Below, one piece after another: positions 1 through 8,966 of a stretch of DNA of 64,000 bases. This stretch comes from Myxococcota bacterium (GTDB lineage: Bacteria; Myxococcota_A; UBA9042; PHBI01; JAWLBL01): the NCBI GenBank assembly GCA_041687695.1, contig JAWLBL010000009.1, forward strand, positions 171,634 through 235,633. The letters run 5' to 3'. Position 1 is the stretch's first letter. Each line of letters opens with the position of its first letter. The position numbers and the translations under genes were made by a program. Under the pieces are notes generated by a model. It did not search any database, was not told where the DNA came from, and saw nothing but the letters and a program-made list of their open reading frames with translations.

Positions 1-2
1 GC

Positions 3-329
3 GCCGAGGACGACGACGCCCTCCCGACGCCCGACGCCGACCGCCAAGGCTGGTGGGGTGATGCGCTCGCCGGCTTCAGCCACGGCTCCCGGCTGTGGCT
101 GCTGCAGCGGGCCCGCGCGTCCGCCGAGACCGCCTCCCGCGCCCGGGAGTACGCGCGAGAGGCCCTGGCCTGGATGGTCGACGAGGGGCTCGTCAGCCGC
201 GTCGACGTCACGGCCGAGCGCACGGCCACCCACACCATCGCGCTGACCGTGGATCTGTACCGCGCCGAGGACGGCCGCGCCTCGATGCGCTTCGGCGACC
301 TCTGGGCCGCGCTCGAGGAGACCTCCTGA
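3..329 (+). CDS. Phage GP46-family baseplate protein (5'-partial)
   Basis: Not in the ORF track. My translation of frame 3 reads AEDDDALP..DRQGWWGD..GSRLWLLQR..AREYAREALAWMVDEG, the Mu gp46 signature. Its TGA overlaps the next ATG. Confidence 0.9.
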   Translation, partial: AEDDDALPTPDADRQGWWGDALAGFSHGSRLWLLQRARASAETASRAREYAREALAWMVDEGLVSRVDVTAERTATHTIALTVDLYRAEDGRASMRFGDLWAALEETS

Positions 330-1417
330 TGGCGACCACCGGATTCACTCGCCCCTCGCTGGGCACCATCGTCACCCGCGCCCGGGCCGACCTGGTCGCG
401 GCCCTCTCCAACCCCGCGGCCAAGGCCAGGGTGAACATCCGCGGCACGCTGGAGTGGGGCCTGTCGGCCGTCCTCGCCGGCGCCTCCCACTTGCTGCACG
501 GGCACCTCGACTGGATCGCCCGGCAGGTCCTGCCCGACACCGCGGACGACGCCTCCCTCGACCGCCACGCGGCGATCTGGGGCCTGACCCGCCGCCCCGC
601 CGTCGAGGCCTCGGGCGACGTCGTTCTCGAGGGCGACAACGGCACGGTGGTCCCGGTCGGCTGGCGCATCCTCCGGGTCGGCGACGGGGCGGTCTACCTG
701 GTGGACGAGGAGGCCACCGTCGCCAGCGGCGAGGTCACGGTGTCGGTCACCGCCGAGGCGCCGGGCGCCGCGGGCGACACCGCCGCCGGCGCCGCGATGC
801 GCCTCGAGTCCCCGATCGCAGGCCTCGCCAGCGAGGGCGAGGTGGGCGAGGGCGGCCTCGAGGGCGGCGTCGACGTCGAGACCGACGACGCCCTGCGCGC
901 GCGCATCCTGGCCCGCATCGCCTCCCCGCCCCAGGGCGGCGCGGAGGCCGATTACGAGGCCTGGGCCCTGGCCGTCTCTGGTGTCGGCCGCGTCTGGGTC
1001 GTGCCGGCCGGCCTGGGTGCGGGGACGGTCGTCGTCCGCTTCATCACCGACGACGTCGACGACCCCATCCCCGCCAGCGTCGCCGCCGTGCAGGCGTACA
1101 TCGACGAGCTCGCGCCCGTGACCGCCTCCGTCTACGTCCTGGCGCCCGAGGCCCTGACCGTCGACCTCGAGGTGGCCCTGAACCCGGACACCGCCGACGT
1201 GCGCGCCGCCGTCGAGGCCGAGCTGCGATCGCTGTTCTTCCGCGAGGGCGAGCCGGGCACGACCATCGCCAACAGCCAGATCCGCGCCGCCATCTCGGCC
1301 GCCGAGGGCGAGGTCTCGCACACCCTCGACGACATCAACAGCGACGGCACCGGCCTGTCGGACTTGGTCATCGCCGCCCACCAGTTCCCCGTCCTGGGCG
1401 CCGTCACCTGGAGCTGA
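329..1417 (+). CDS. Baseplate J / Mu gp47-family protein
   Basis: WIARQVLPDTAD, GGVDVETDDALRARIL..PPQGGAEADYEAWAL..GVGRVWV motifs. Start taken at the ATG overlapping the gp46 stop. Confidence 0.92.
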   Translation: MATTGFTRPSLGTIVTRARADLVAALSNPAAKARVNIRGTLEWGLSAVLAGASHLLHGHLDWIARQVLPDTADDASLDRHAAIWGLTRRPAVEASGDVVLEGDNGTVVPVGWRILRVGDGAVYLVDEEATVASGEVTVSVTAEAPGAAGDTAAGAAMRLESPIAGLASEGEVGEGGLEGGVDVETDDALRARILARIASPPQGGAEADYEAWALAVSGVGRVWVVPAGLGAGTVVVRFITDDVDDPIPASVAAVQAYIDELAPVTASVYVLAPEALTVDLEVALNPDTADVRAAVEAELRSLFFREGEPGTTIANSQIRAAISAAEGEVSHTLDDINSDGTGLSDLVIAAHQFPVLGAVTWS

Positions 1418-1420
1418 CCC

Positions 1421-1960
1421 GTGCTGATCCGCCTCGCCGCTTCCGCCTACCGCGGGCTCCTCGGGCGCCTCCTTCCCAAGGGGCCGTTCTGGCTGCGCCG
1501 CTTCCCCGGCCAGCTGCTCGACGGCGCCGCGCCCGAGCTGGCCCGCGTCCACGACCGAGGGCAGGACCTCATCGAGGAGGCCGACCCGCGAACCGCCGAC
1601 GAGCTGCTCGCGGCCTGGGAGCGCAACGTCGGCCTGCCCGACGACTGCGGCGGCACGCCGGCCACCGACGACGAGCGCCGCGCCCTCGTCCACGCGCGCC
1701 TCACCGCCAGGGGCGGTGCGACCGAGGCCTACTTCGTCGAGCTCGCCGCCCGCCTCGGCGTCGAGATCACCGTCAGCTACTACCAGCAGTTCCTGGTCGA
1801 CTACTCCGACGTGGGCGACCCGCTCTACTCCGACGAGTGGCCCCACGTCTGGCTGGTCACCGCGCCGGCCTCGACGTCGAGCGACCTGCGCGCCCGCCTC
1901 GAGTGCCTCTTCCTCCGGGTGCGCCCGGCCCACACCATCCCCCTCTTCGAGTACGTCTGA
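1421..1960 (+). CDS. YmfQ/DUF2313 (Mu gp48-like) tail protein
   Basis: LLPKGPFW, EEADPRTADELLAAWER..GLPD.C, LECLF.RVRPAHT motifs; follows gp47. Confidence 0.88.
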   Translation: MLIRLAASAYRGLLGRLLPKGPFWLRRFPGQLLDGAAPELARVHDRGQDLIEEADPRTADELLAAWERNVGLPDDCGGTPATDDERRALVHARLTARGGATEAYFVELAARLGVEITVSYYQQFLVDYSDVGDPLYSDEWPHVWLVTAPASTSSDLRARLECLFLRVRPAHTIPLFEYV

Positions 1961-1969
1961 GGACCCGCC

Positions 1970-3760
1970 ATGAAGCGCATCACCCACCCGACGACCGCCT
2001 CCGAGCTGCCGACCCCCGCCGAGACCGGCGACCCGGGCTACTTCACCGGGGGCAACCCCGGGATCGGGGTCCCCGCCACCCGCCTGACCGCAGACTGGGC
2101 CAACCGCGTCCAGGAGGAGATCTGCGCCGTCGTCGAGGACGTCGGCGGGGTGAGCCTCGACGGCGAGGACAACGGCCAGATGGCGGCGGCCCTGCACGGG
2201 GCGCGCGGCATCCGGAGCGGCGACGCCGGCGGCGTGAGCGGGCCGACGCCCGACCAGGCCGCGGTGGTCGCGTCGTCAGCCGGGACGGCAGACGGCCTCA
2301 CCTCCCTCGTCGGGGCCAGCAGCGGGTCGCGGACGAACGCCGGCGGCTGGGACACGGCCGTGCTCGCCAGCAGCGGCGGCGTGGCCGTCGGCAACCAGTC
2401 CGCCGTGATCGCCTCGCGCGATACGTCGCCGTCGACGCCCTGCGAGGTGCACGGCGACCGCAGCGCCATCATGGCCTCGTCCGTCGCCACCATCCCGACC
2501 GGCGCGGCGCAGACCGCCATCGTCGGCTCGACCTCGGCCGAGGCCGCGGCGACGACCAGCAACGCCCTCGCGGCCGCCAGCTCGAGCGCCAGCCTCGACG
2601 GCGACCAGGTGGCGGTCATCGCCGGCGGCGGCAGCACGGGCGCCTCGTCGTCGAAGGCCGCGGCCATCGCCGGCGACGGCTCGGCCACCGGGACGAAGGC
2701 CGCCGTCCTCGGCGGCGACGGGACCGCCTCGGGCACGGCGGCCGCCGTGATCGCGAGCGACTCCGACTGCGAGGCCTCCGTCTCGCGCTCGGCCGTGATC
2801 GCCTCCCAGAACTCGGACGCCGGCGCCGCGACCAAGGCCAACGCGGCCGCCGTCGCGAGCGTGAACAGCGCCGCGACCGGTGACCAGACGGCCTCCCTGG
2901 CCTCTCAGGGCGCCGTCGTCAGCGGCACCAACGCGGCGGCCGTCGCCTCGGTGTCGAGCCAGGCGAGCGGCGCCCAGTCGGCAGCGCTGGCGTCGCAGGG
3001 GGGGATCGCCTCGGGCGACAACGCCGCGGTGCTCGCGTCCACCAGCGCGATCGCGTCGGGCGACCAGGCGGCCGTCATCGGGTCCTCGGACTCCGACGCC
3101 ACGGCGGCGCGGGCGGTGACGGTCGCGTCGAGGTACACCATCAACGACATCGCGCAGAGCATCGCAGGCGGTGACGATCCGACCGGGACACCGGAGCCGA
3201 GCACCGGGAACCAGACGTGGCGGATCGAGTCGGTCACTGGCCTCATCACCTGCGACTCGCTGACGGAGACCGGCGCCGACTACGCCGAACTGTTCCCCAA
3301 CGCCAGCCCGGGCACCCTGCCTCACGGCCGGCTGGTCGCGCTCGAGGGTGAGGCCGTCCGGCTCGCCGGTCCCGGAGACGACCCGATCGGCATCACGTCG
3401 GCCCGGCCGGCCATCCTGGGCGACGCGGCGTGGTCGAGCTGGTCGGGGCGCTGGGTCCGCGACGTGTTCGGGGCCTACGTCCTCGACGACGAGGGACGCC
3501 GCATCCAGTCCCCCGACTACGACCCGGCGCGTCCCTACGTCCCGCGCACCCAGCGCCCCGACGAGTGGACCGCCGTCGGACTCGTCGGCAAGCTTCCGCT
3601 GGCCATCGACCAGACCGTCAAGCCGGGCGACTACGTGCGGCCCGGGCCGCACGGCATCGGCACCAAGTCGGCCAAGCGCACGGGCGTCCGCGCGATGATC
3701 ATCCTCGCCGAGCACGACCAGGACGCCGGATACGCGGTCGCCAGGTGCCTCGTCCGCTGA
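1970..3760 (+). CDS. Tail fibre/spike with Ala/Ser-rich repeats and C-terminal peptidase G2 (intramolecular chaperone) domain
   Basis: Mu-type fibre N-terminus (GYFTGGNP..PATRLTADWANRVQEEI); repeated AAVIAS units; C-terminal ADYAELF..RDVFG..PDYDP.RPYVPR..RPDEW..VGLVGK. Confidence 0.85.
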   Translation: MKRITHPTTASELPTPAETGDPGYFTGGNPGIGVPATRLTADWANRVQEEICAVVEDVGGVSLDGEDNGQMAAALHGARGIRSGDAGGVSGPTPDQAAVVASSAGTADGLTSLVGASSGSRTNAGGWDTAVLASSGGVAVGNQSAVIASRDTSPSTPCEVHGDRSAIMASSVATIPTGAAQTAIVGSTSAEAAATTSNALAAASSSASLDGDQVAVIAGGGSTGASSSKAAAIAGDGSATGTKAAVLGGDGTASGTAAAVIASDSDCEASVSRSAVIASQNSDAGAATKANAAAVASVNSAATGDQTASLASQGAVVSGTNAAAVASVSSQASGAQSAALASQGGIASGDNAAVLASTSAIASGDQAAVIGSSDSDATAARAVTVASRYTINDIAQSIAGGDDPTGTPEPSTGNQTWRIESVTGLITCDSLTETGADYAELFPNASPGTLPHGRLVALEGEAVRLAGPGDDPIGITSARPAILGDAAWSSWSGRWVRDVFGAYVLDDEGRRIQSPDYDPARPYVPRTQRPDEWTAVGLVGKLPLAIDQTVKPGDYVRPGPHGIGTKSAKRTGVRAMIILAEHDQDAGYAVARCLVR

Positions 3761-3810
3761 AGCCTTGCAGCCCACGTCCGTCCGCCGCATCCTGCTCCGA
3801 GGAGGTAGGT

Positions 3811-4371
3811 ATGCGTTGGATGGTCGCGATTGCGCTGGTGTGCGCTGGGTGCGACGTGGAGGCCGAGCCCCAAGAACATGCACCGGTCAGCACGTCGTTC
3901 ATGGGAGCCGAGCCACCGTGTCCAGAGGGTGCGGTGGCTCGGGGTGACGCGCCGCCCATGGGTCTCGAGCTTTGGTGTGAGAAGCCGAGCGGCACGAGAC
4001 ACGGCTACCACGTCAAGTGGAATCTCGATGGCCTGGTCACGCGCCGCGAGGCCTACGCAGATGGCTTGCGCCATGGACTCACCCAGCTTTGGGACGACCG
4101 CGGTCGAATGACGCATGAGACGCCATACGAGAGAGGGCGAGAGCACGGCGAAGTGTTGCGGTGGGTCTTCAATGAGGACGACCCTGTGCGCCATTCGTCC
4201 ACCGCGTACAAGCACGGTCTCATGCACGGGTGGTCCCGGTCATGGTTCGGGGACATCCTGATAAATGAAGGGGAGCGCCGGGACGGTAGCGCGTGCGGGA
4301 CCCACAAGAGCTGGCACGATGACGGTACGCCCAAGAGCACAAAGGTTTTCCCGCCCTGCGAGCCCCTCTGA
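3811..4371 (+). CDS. MORN-variant repeat (YwqK-like) lipoprotein, probable moron
   Basis: GGAGG RBS; lipobox-like CAGC; repeated RHG..W...G....E..Y..G..HG units; more A/T-ending codons than the flanking phage genes. Confidence 0.7.
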   Translation: MRWMVAIALVCAGCDVEAEPQEHAPVSTSFMGAEPPCPEGAVARGDAPPMGLELWCEKPSGTRHGYHVKWNLDGLVTRREAYADGLRHGLTQLWDDRGRMTHETPYERGREHGEVLRWVFNEDDPVRHSSTAYKHGLMHGWSRSWFGDILINEGERRDGSACGTHKSWHDDGTPKSTKVFPPCEPL

Positions 4372-4374
4372 CCC

Positions 4375-5073
4375 TCAGCCCTTCCGCGGCCGCGCCGTGT
4401 CGATCGCCCGCTGGATCGCCTTCCTCGCGTTCCGGGGCCACGCCTCGCGGACGGCCTCCTCGACCTGGGCGCGGAAGGGCCACCGGGGCGTGACGTCCAC
4501 CGAGCCGCGCAGGACGTAGATCAGGCGGACCGTCGAGTTCTTGCCCTTGCCGATGCGCTTGAACAGCAGCGCCGATCCGGTCCCGGGCTGGTTGACGATG
4601 AAATAGCGGTTCCGGATGGCGACCCGCTCGCCCGTCGCCTTCTGCGTCCTGAACTTCTGGGTCAGCAAGCCAGCCGGCCAAAGCCGCTTGCCGGTCCGGT
4701 GCTGCAGCGTCGGCCGAGCGGTGCCCGTGCCCACCTGGGGGATCGCGACCGTCCGGGTGCCCTGCTCGGGCGTCTTCGGCCCCGCCCCGCCCCCGATCAC
4801 GTGCCGGCCGAGGAACTTCGTCTCGTCGATGCTGTGGACACGCGCGACCGGCGTCGTCTTCGTCGCCGGCTGCACGCGGATCCCGGCCGCCACGAACTTC
4901 GACCGCAGCGTGAACGTGTCGCCGAGCTGCTCGCGAACCGCGGCCTGCGCGTCCTTTGCGGTCCAGGTGAGGGCGAGGGCGAGGGCGAAGGGCATCTGCC
5001 GCCGTCCTAGGTCCCGGAGGAGGTGGGTGAAGCTCTCGTCGTGGTCCAGGCGGAAGCGGATGTCGATGCTCAT
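4375..5073 (-). CDS. Phage protein, minor tail protein Z-like
   Basis: RQMPFALALALTWTAKDAQ..F.LR..F N-terminus and basic PRWPF..V C-terminus typical of this prophage family. An alternative start lies at 5103. Confidence 0.6.
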   Translation of the reverse strand: MSIDIRFRLDHDESFTHLLRDLGRRQMPFALALALTWTAKDAQAAVREQLGDTFTLRSKFVAAGIRVQPATKTTPVARVHSIDETKFLGRHVIGGGAGPKTPEQGTRTVAIPQVGTGTARPTLQHRTGKRLWPAGLLTQKFRTQKATGERVAIRNRYFIVNQPGTGSALLFKRIGKGKNSTVRLIYVLRGSVDVTPRWPFRAQVEEAVREAWPRNARKAIQRAIDTARPRKG

Positions 5074-5168
5074 GGCCCCAGCGTGCCACGTCCTGGCCGC
5101 CAACTCCGGGTCCGACCCGGAGCGTTTGGCCGAGCTGGGCGATGATGCGGTGCATGCTCCTGCACACC

Positions 5169-5951
5169 ATGCGCCGCTGGCTCGCGGCGAACAGCGCTCC
5201 GCAGATCGTGACCGTCGACGCCGCCCCGGGCCTGCCCACGGGCAAGGGCATGTTCATGTCGGGCCTGGCCGCCTGCGGCAAGCCGGCCGATGTCGCCCGG
5301 CGCATCCGCCAGTCGGGCCTGACGTGGGTCGCCATCCTGGGCCCGTTCACGCGCGGCGGCCGGACGATCGAGTACTGGAACACGAAGGGCGCCGAGCCGT
5401 ACCTCCGCGCCATCCGCGAGACGGGCGCCCGCATCTGGGTCTGGGGCTGGCCGGCGCCCGCGACCCAGGTCGCCGTCATGCGCGAGCTCGCGCGCCTGGC
5501 GGACGCCTGGCAGGTCGACGGCATCATCCTCGACGTCGAGCACGACTACTACGGCCAGTCCGCCGCGGCGCGGCGCCTGATGGACGCGGCGCTCGCGACC
5601 GGCCACATCATCATGGTCACCAGCTACGGCGCCCCGTGGAATCACAGCCGCCTGCCCTGGCACGACCTGAACCGCGCCCACGCGGGCATCCCCCAGGCGT
5701 ACGGCAACGACGACCGCTTGGGCCTCGACTACCCCGCCAAGTCCGTCGCCGCCTGGCGCGAGAAGGGCTTCACGGTCGTCATCCCCGCCTTCCCGGGCTA
5801 CGGCAAGAAGGCCCAGGGCCGGCTCGCCGAGTGGCTCGGCGTCTTCCCCGCCGCGCAGGCCTTCATCGGCTGGCAGTGGCGCCACGTCGACCCACGCGAG
5901 TGGGAGATCATCGCGGCCTGGTCGCCGCCCAGCTCGGAGGCCTCCGCGTGA
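5169..5951 (+). CDS. Putative endolysin, GH25-like TIM-barrel glycoside hydrolase
   Basis: GARIWVWGW..VDGIILDVE (DxE) pattern; first gene of a coupled run of small membrane-protein genes. Start uncertain (5142 or 5169). Confidence 0.55.
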   Translation: MRRWLAANSAPQIVTVDAAPGLPTGKGMFMSGLAACGKPADVARRIRQSGLTWVAILGPFTRGGRTIEYWNTKGAEPYLRAIRETGARIWVWGWPAPATQVAVMRELARLADAWQVDGIILDVEHDYYGQSAAARRLMDAALATGHIIMVTSYGAPWNHSRLPWHDLNRAHAGIPQAYGNDDRLGLDYPAKSVAAWREKGFTVVIPAFPGYGKKAQGRLAEWLGVFPAAQAFIGWQWRHVDPREWEIIAAWSPPSSEASA

Positions 5952-6199
5952 AGTACATCACCCTGACCCTTGCCGGCGCCGGCGCCGGGCAGCTCGGCGG
6001 CGACACGCTGGCGATCATCGTCGCGGTCGCCGGCGGCGTCTGGCTCCTGTCCTCGCACCTGGGTGCCATTCGCGCCGACCTTCGCGCCTTGGTGCAGCGG
6101 GCGAACCACCAGGACGCCATCAACGAGCGCGTCGACCGGCGCCTCGAGGCGCACAGCGAGCGGCTCGACGAGCTGGAGCGCCAGCAGAGGGTCGCATGA
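5948..6199 (+). CDS. Small single-TM coiled-coil protein (holin/antiholin-like)
   Basis: GTGA overlap with the upstream stop; TM segment TLAIIVAVAGGVWLLS followed by a charged coiled coil; ATGA overlap with the next gene. Confidence 0.55.
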   Translation: MKYITLTLAGAGAGQLGGDTLAIIVAVAGGVWLLSSHLGAIRADLRALVQRANHQDAINERVDRRLEAHSERLDELERQQRVA

Positions 6200-6558
6200 G
6201 CGCCGGAGACCTCGCCCTCCTGATCATCCTCGGCGGCGCCGTCGTCGCCCTCGCCGTCGGCGCCCTGACCGACGTCGCCAAGCGCGCCTGGCGGGCGTAC
6301 CGGGTGTCGCACATGATCCCCGAGCCCTGGTGGGAGGACGTCGCCCTCCGGAGCTACTCGGTCGCCGTGGGCGCCAGCCTCGGCTGGGGCCTCGGCGTCT
6401 GGCAGGAGGCGCCCCTCGCCGGCGCCGTCGTCGGCCTGGCCGCCGGCAGCTGGACGACCATCACCTACGCCCGCCTCGCGGCCCGCCGCGCCGCGGCCGC
6501 CGCCGGCGGCCACGCCCTCGACCAGGCGGCCGGCCCCGCCCCGGACCACGAGCCATGA
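6196..6558 (+). CDS. Putative holin (about 3 TM helices)
   Basis: 120 aa with three hydrophobic segments; translationally coupled on both sides. Confidence 0.55.
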   Translation: MSAGDLALLIILGGAVVALAVGALTDVAKRAWRAYRVSHMIPEPWWEDVALRSYSVAVGASLGWGLGVWQEAPLAGAVVGLAAGSWTTITYARLAARRAAAAAGGHALDQAAGPAPDHEP

Positions 6559-6917
6559 CCTGGCTCCGCGAGACCTGGGCCCGGATCCGCCCCTGGCTCG
6601 CCCTCGCCGCCGTCGTGTCCGCCCTGGTCGTCGGCATCCTCCTCGGCCGCCGCGGCCGCACCGCGCTCCTCGAGCGGGCCCGCCGCGCCCAGTCCGAGGC
6701 CGCGGCAGCCTGGGCCGAGGTCGCCGCAGAGCGGGCCCGGCGACGGCGCCAGGCAGCGCTCGAGCGCGAGCGCCTCGACGCGCGCGACGACCACGCCGCC
6801 GAGCTCGCCGTCGCGCGCGACGACGCCGACGCGGCGCGCGCCGAGATCCACGATGCGGCCGCCCGCCCCGGCGGCCTCGCCGATCGCGTCAACAAGGCCT
6901 TCGGCCTCGAGGAGTAG
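6555..6917 (+). CDS. Putative inner-membrane spanin-like protein
   Basis: ATGA overlap; N-terminal TM (WLALAAVVSALVVGILLG) followed by a long Ala/Arg/Glu coiled coil. Confidence 0.5.
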   Translation: MTWLRETWARIRPWLALAAVVSALVVGILLGRRGRTALLERARRAQSEAAAAWAEVAAERARRRRQAALERERLDARDDHAAELAVARDDADAARAEIHDAAARPGGLADRVNKAFGLEE

Positions 6918-6920
6918 CCG

Positions 6921-7307
6921 GTGCGTCTCGCCCTCGCCGCCCTGGCCCTGCACGTCGCCGCGGCGCCCGCGGCCGCCGCCCCCTGCGAGCGCGCCCACGA
7001 GCCCGCCGCCGGCGACGTCGTCCCCTGCGACGGCGTCCTGCTCCCTGCGTCCGTCGTCGTCGAGCTGCTCGACGCGCGCGAGGCCCAGCTGCCCCGCTGC
7101 CGCCGCGAGCTGGCCGCCGAGCGCGTCCTCCGCACCCGCGAGGTCACCGCCCTCGAGGCCCAGCTCGAGCTCGAGCGCGATCGGCCGCCGGTCGTCCTCG
7201 AGGTCACCGCGCCGGCGCCGTCGACCTGGTCGAGCCCGACCGTCTGGATCGTCGGCGGGGTCGCCTTGATCGCCGGCGTTGTCGGTGGGGCGCTGGCCGC
7301 GCGGTAG
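6921..7307 (+). CDS. Exported protein with C-terminal TM (spanin-partner-like)
   Basis: Signal-peptide-like N-terminus, Cys residues, coiled coil and C-terminal hydrophobic helix; last gene of the cassette. Confidence 0.45.
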   Translation: MRLALAALALHVAAAPAAAAPCERAHEPAAGDVVPCDGVLLPASVVVELLDAREAQLPRCRRELAAERVLRTREVTALEAQLELERDRPPVVLEVTAPAPSTWSSPTVWIVGGVALIAGVVGGALAAR

Positions 7308-7427
7308 CCGCGAAGAGCCTGGAACTACGCCGCACCTCGTTGCGTTGTAGCATTCGCTACAGGCGGTGTTGTAACGCACGATCCGTCATGCAAGGATCGT
7401 GCGGCCTGAGGGCATGGAGGTGAGGCT

Positions 7428-7928
7428 GTGGCGTTGGTGGTCCAGGGTACCCACTGGTGGGACCTGAAGAGGGAGTACTTGTCCCCGGAGGACTTGCTCA
7501 ACCGCTTTGGACTCGTCCGTCCACCCATCGACGTCCACCTGCTTGCTCGCATGATGGACGTCGAGATTCGTCCTGAGTGGGACCCCTCTGTCTCGGGTCG
7601 GGTGAAGGTTGATGGAGCTGACGCCTACATCACGGAAACGCTTTCGGAGCCCATCTTCCGACGCCGGTTCACGATCGCGCACGAGCTCGGGCACCTGATG
7701 CTGCACCACATCCATGAGCTGCAAGAGGGGAAGTTCCGGGACACGAACTTCGAGGGCGACATCAAGGAAGCCCAGGCCAATGGCTACGCCGCAGGCCTGC
7801 TGATGCCGCTTTGGATGGTGGCCGAGTACGGGAAGCGTGTCGGCTTTCAACCTGACCTCGTTGCTCAGATCTTCGGCGTCTCACGACAGGCGGCGGCGAT
7901 CCGGCTACAGAAGGTCGCTGGAGTCTGA
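7428..7928 (+). CDS. ImmA/IrrE-family (M78) metallopeptidase without an HTH domain
   Basis: PPIDV..LA, RRRFTIAHELGH (HExxH), EAQANGYAAGLLMP, FGVSRQAAAIRL; GGAGG RBS. Confidence 0.9.
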   Translation: MALVVQGTHWWDLKREYLSPEDLLNRFGLVRPPIDVHLLARMMDVEIRPEWDPSVSGRVKVDGADAYITETLSEPIFRRRFTIAHELGHLMLHHIHELQEGKFRDTNFEGDIKEAQANGYAAGLLMPLWMVAEYGKRVGFQPDLVAQIFGVSRQAAAIRLQKVAGV

Positions 7929-8485
7929 TGAGCACGAAACGCGAGACGCCCGAAGCTAGGACCAACGAAGATCTCCCCCTCGACGATTTCGCCCTGGTCA
8001 TCGATGATGCCGGGAAGATCGTTAATCCGAGCGGAGGAGCAAAGGGTCCCACGGGAGGCAGCCCTCCGCCCCCGAAACGCCCTGCCCAACAAGCCGCTGA
8101 CGGGGTTGCGGCTGCTACCTCGGGTCGGCAGACTGCGGCATGGTGGGTGGCTGCTGCGGGTGCTGGCATGGTCATCACCGTGGCCCTCTTCGCCTTACAC
8201 TCCCTGCCCGACCTGCCCGAGTGGGAGGACGTGAAGGGTGCCACGGCTGACCAAGGGCCGGGATGGTATCTGGTTGCTCTTGTATCGGCTCGAGCTGTAA
8301 TCGTCAGCGCGGTAGTTGGATTCGGCTTCGGCCTGGTCCGGATGGGCGAGCGTCTGGCGCTGCCCCTCCACTTGGCTCACAGGGCGCGTGACCTCCTGGG
8401 TATGGGAACGCCGCACAAGGAAGCAGTGGCACTGCTTCGAGAGATCAAGGCGCTCGTCAAGGAAGATGAGGACGGCAAGAGCTAG
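7928..8485 (+). CDS. Hypothetical two-TM membrane protein coupled to the ImmA/IrrE gene
   Basis: TGATG stop/start overlap; two hydrophobic segments; atypical codon use. Confidence 0.65.
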   Translation: MSTKRETPEARTNEDLPLDDFALVIDDAGKIVNPSGGAKGPTGGSPPPPKRPAQQAADGVAAATSGRQTAAWWVAAAGAGMVITVALFALHSLPDLPEWEDVKGATADQGPGWYLVALVSARAVIVSAVVGFGFGLVRMGERLALPLHLAHRARDLLGMGTPHKEAVALLREIKALVKEDEDGKS

Positions 8486-8685
8486 GCCGCCCTCCAACTC
8501 CACGCGAACGCCGCCCTCCCAACCGCCACCCTCGTCGGCCTGAGCACCCGCCCCAAGTAGATCATCGCCGCCGGCGCCCCCTCGCGATGTTCTGGGCAGA
8601 GGCAGGGGAAGGCCGTGTGCGCGAGGCACCCTGTCAGGTCCACGGGCTCGAGGTGCAGGGTCTGATCGACGTCGTGTGTCCGCAT
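8482..8685 (-). CDS. Small hypothetical protein
   Basis: ATG-started 67-aa portion of ORF 8482..8916 with GC-rich third positions; no recognisable motif. Confidence 0.3.
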   Translation of the reverse strand: MRTHDVDQTLHLEPVDLTGCLAHTAFPCLCPEHREGAPAAMIYLGRVLRPTRVAVGRAAFAWSWRAA

Positions 8686-8966
8686 GGGTCGCTCCGGTGT
8701 CGAGACCGGCGCCGCGCCGGGCCTCTTAAGAGAAGTCGGGCGATCGGCGCGATCTGTTGCGGACTTTCTGCGGCGGCGCCGACGATTGGGCGCAACGCAA
8801 CGAGATTGTTGCACAACGACACTGTCGCGCGGCGCGGTCATGTGGCGCGTCACCCAGGCGTACGCAACGATCTCCAGCACTTCACCGTCCTTGGGTGACA
8901 CGCTCGTTCGCTCCATCCATCGTCAGGGCCGCACAGCCTGCGGCCCATCGAGAAACCGGAGCAACG

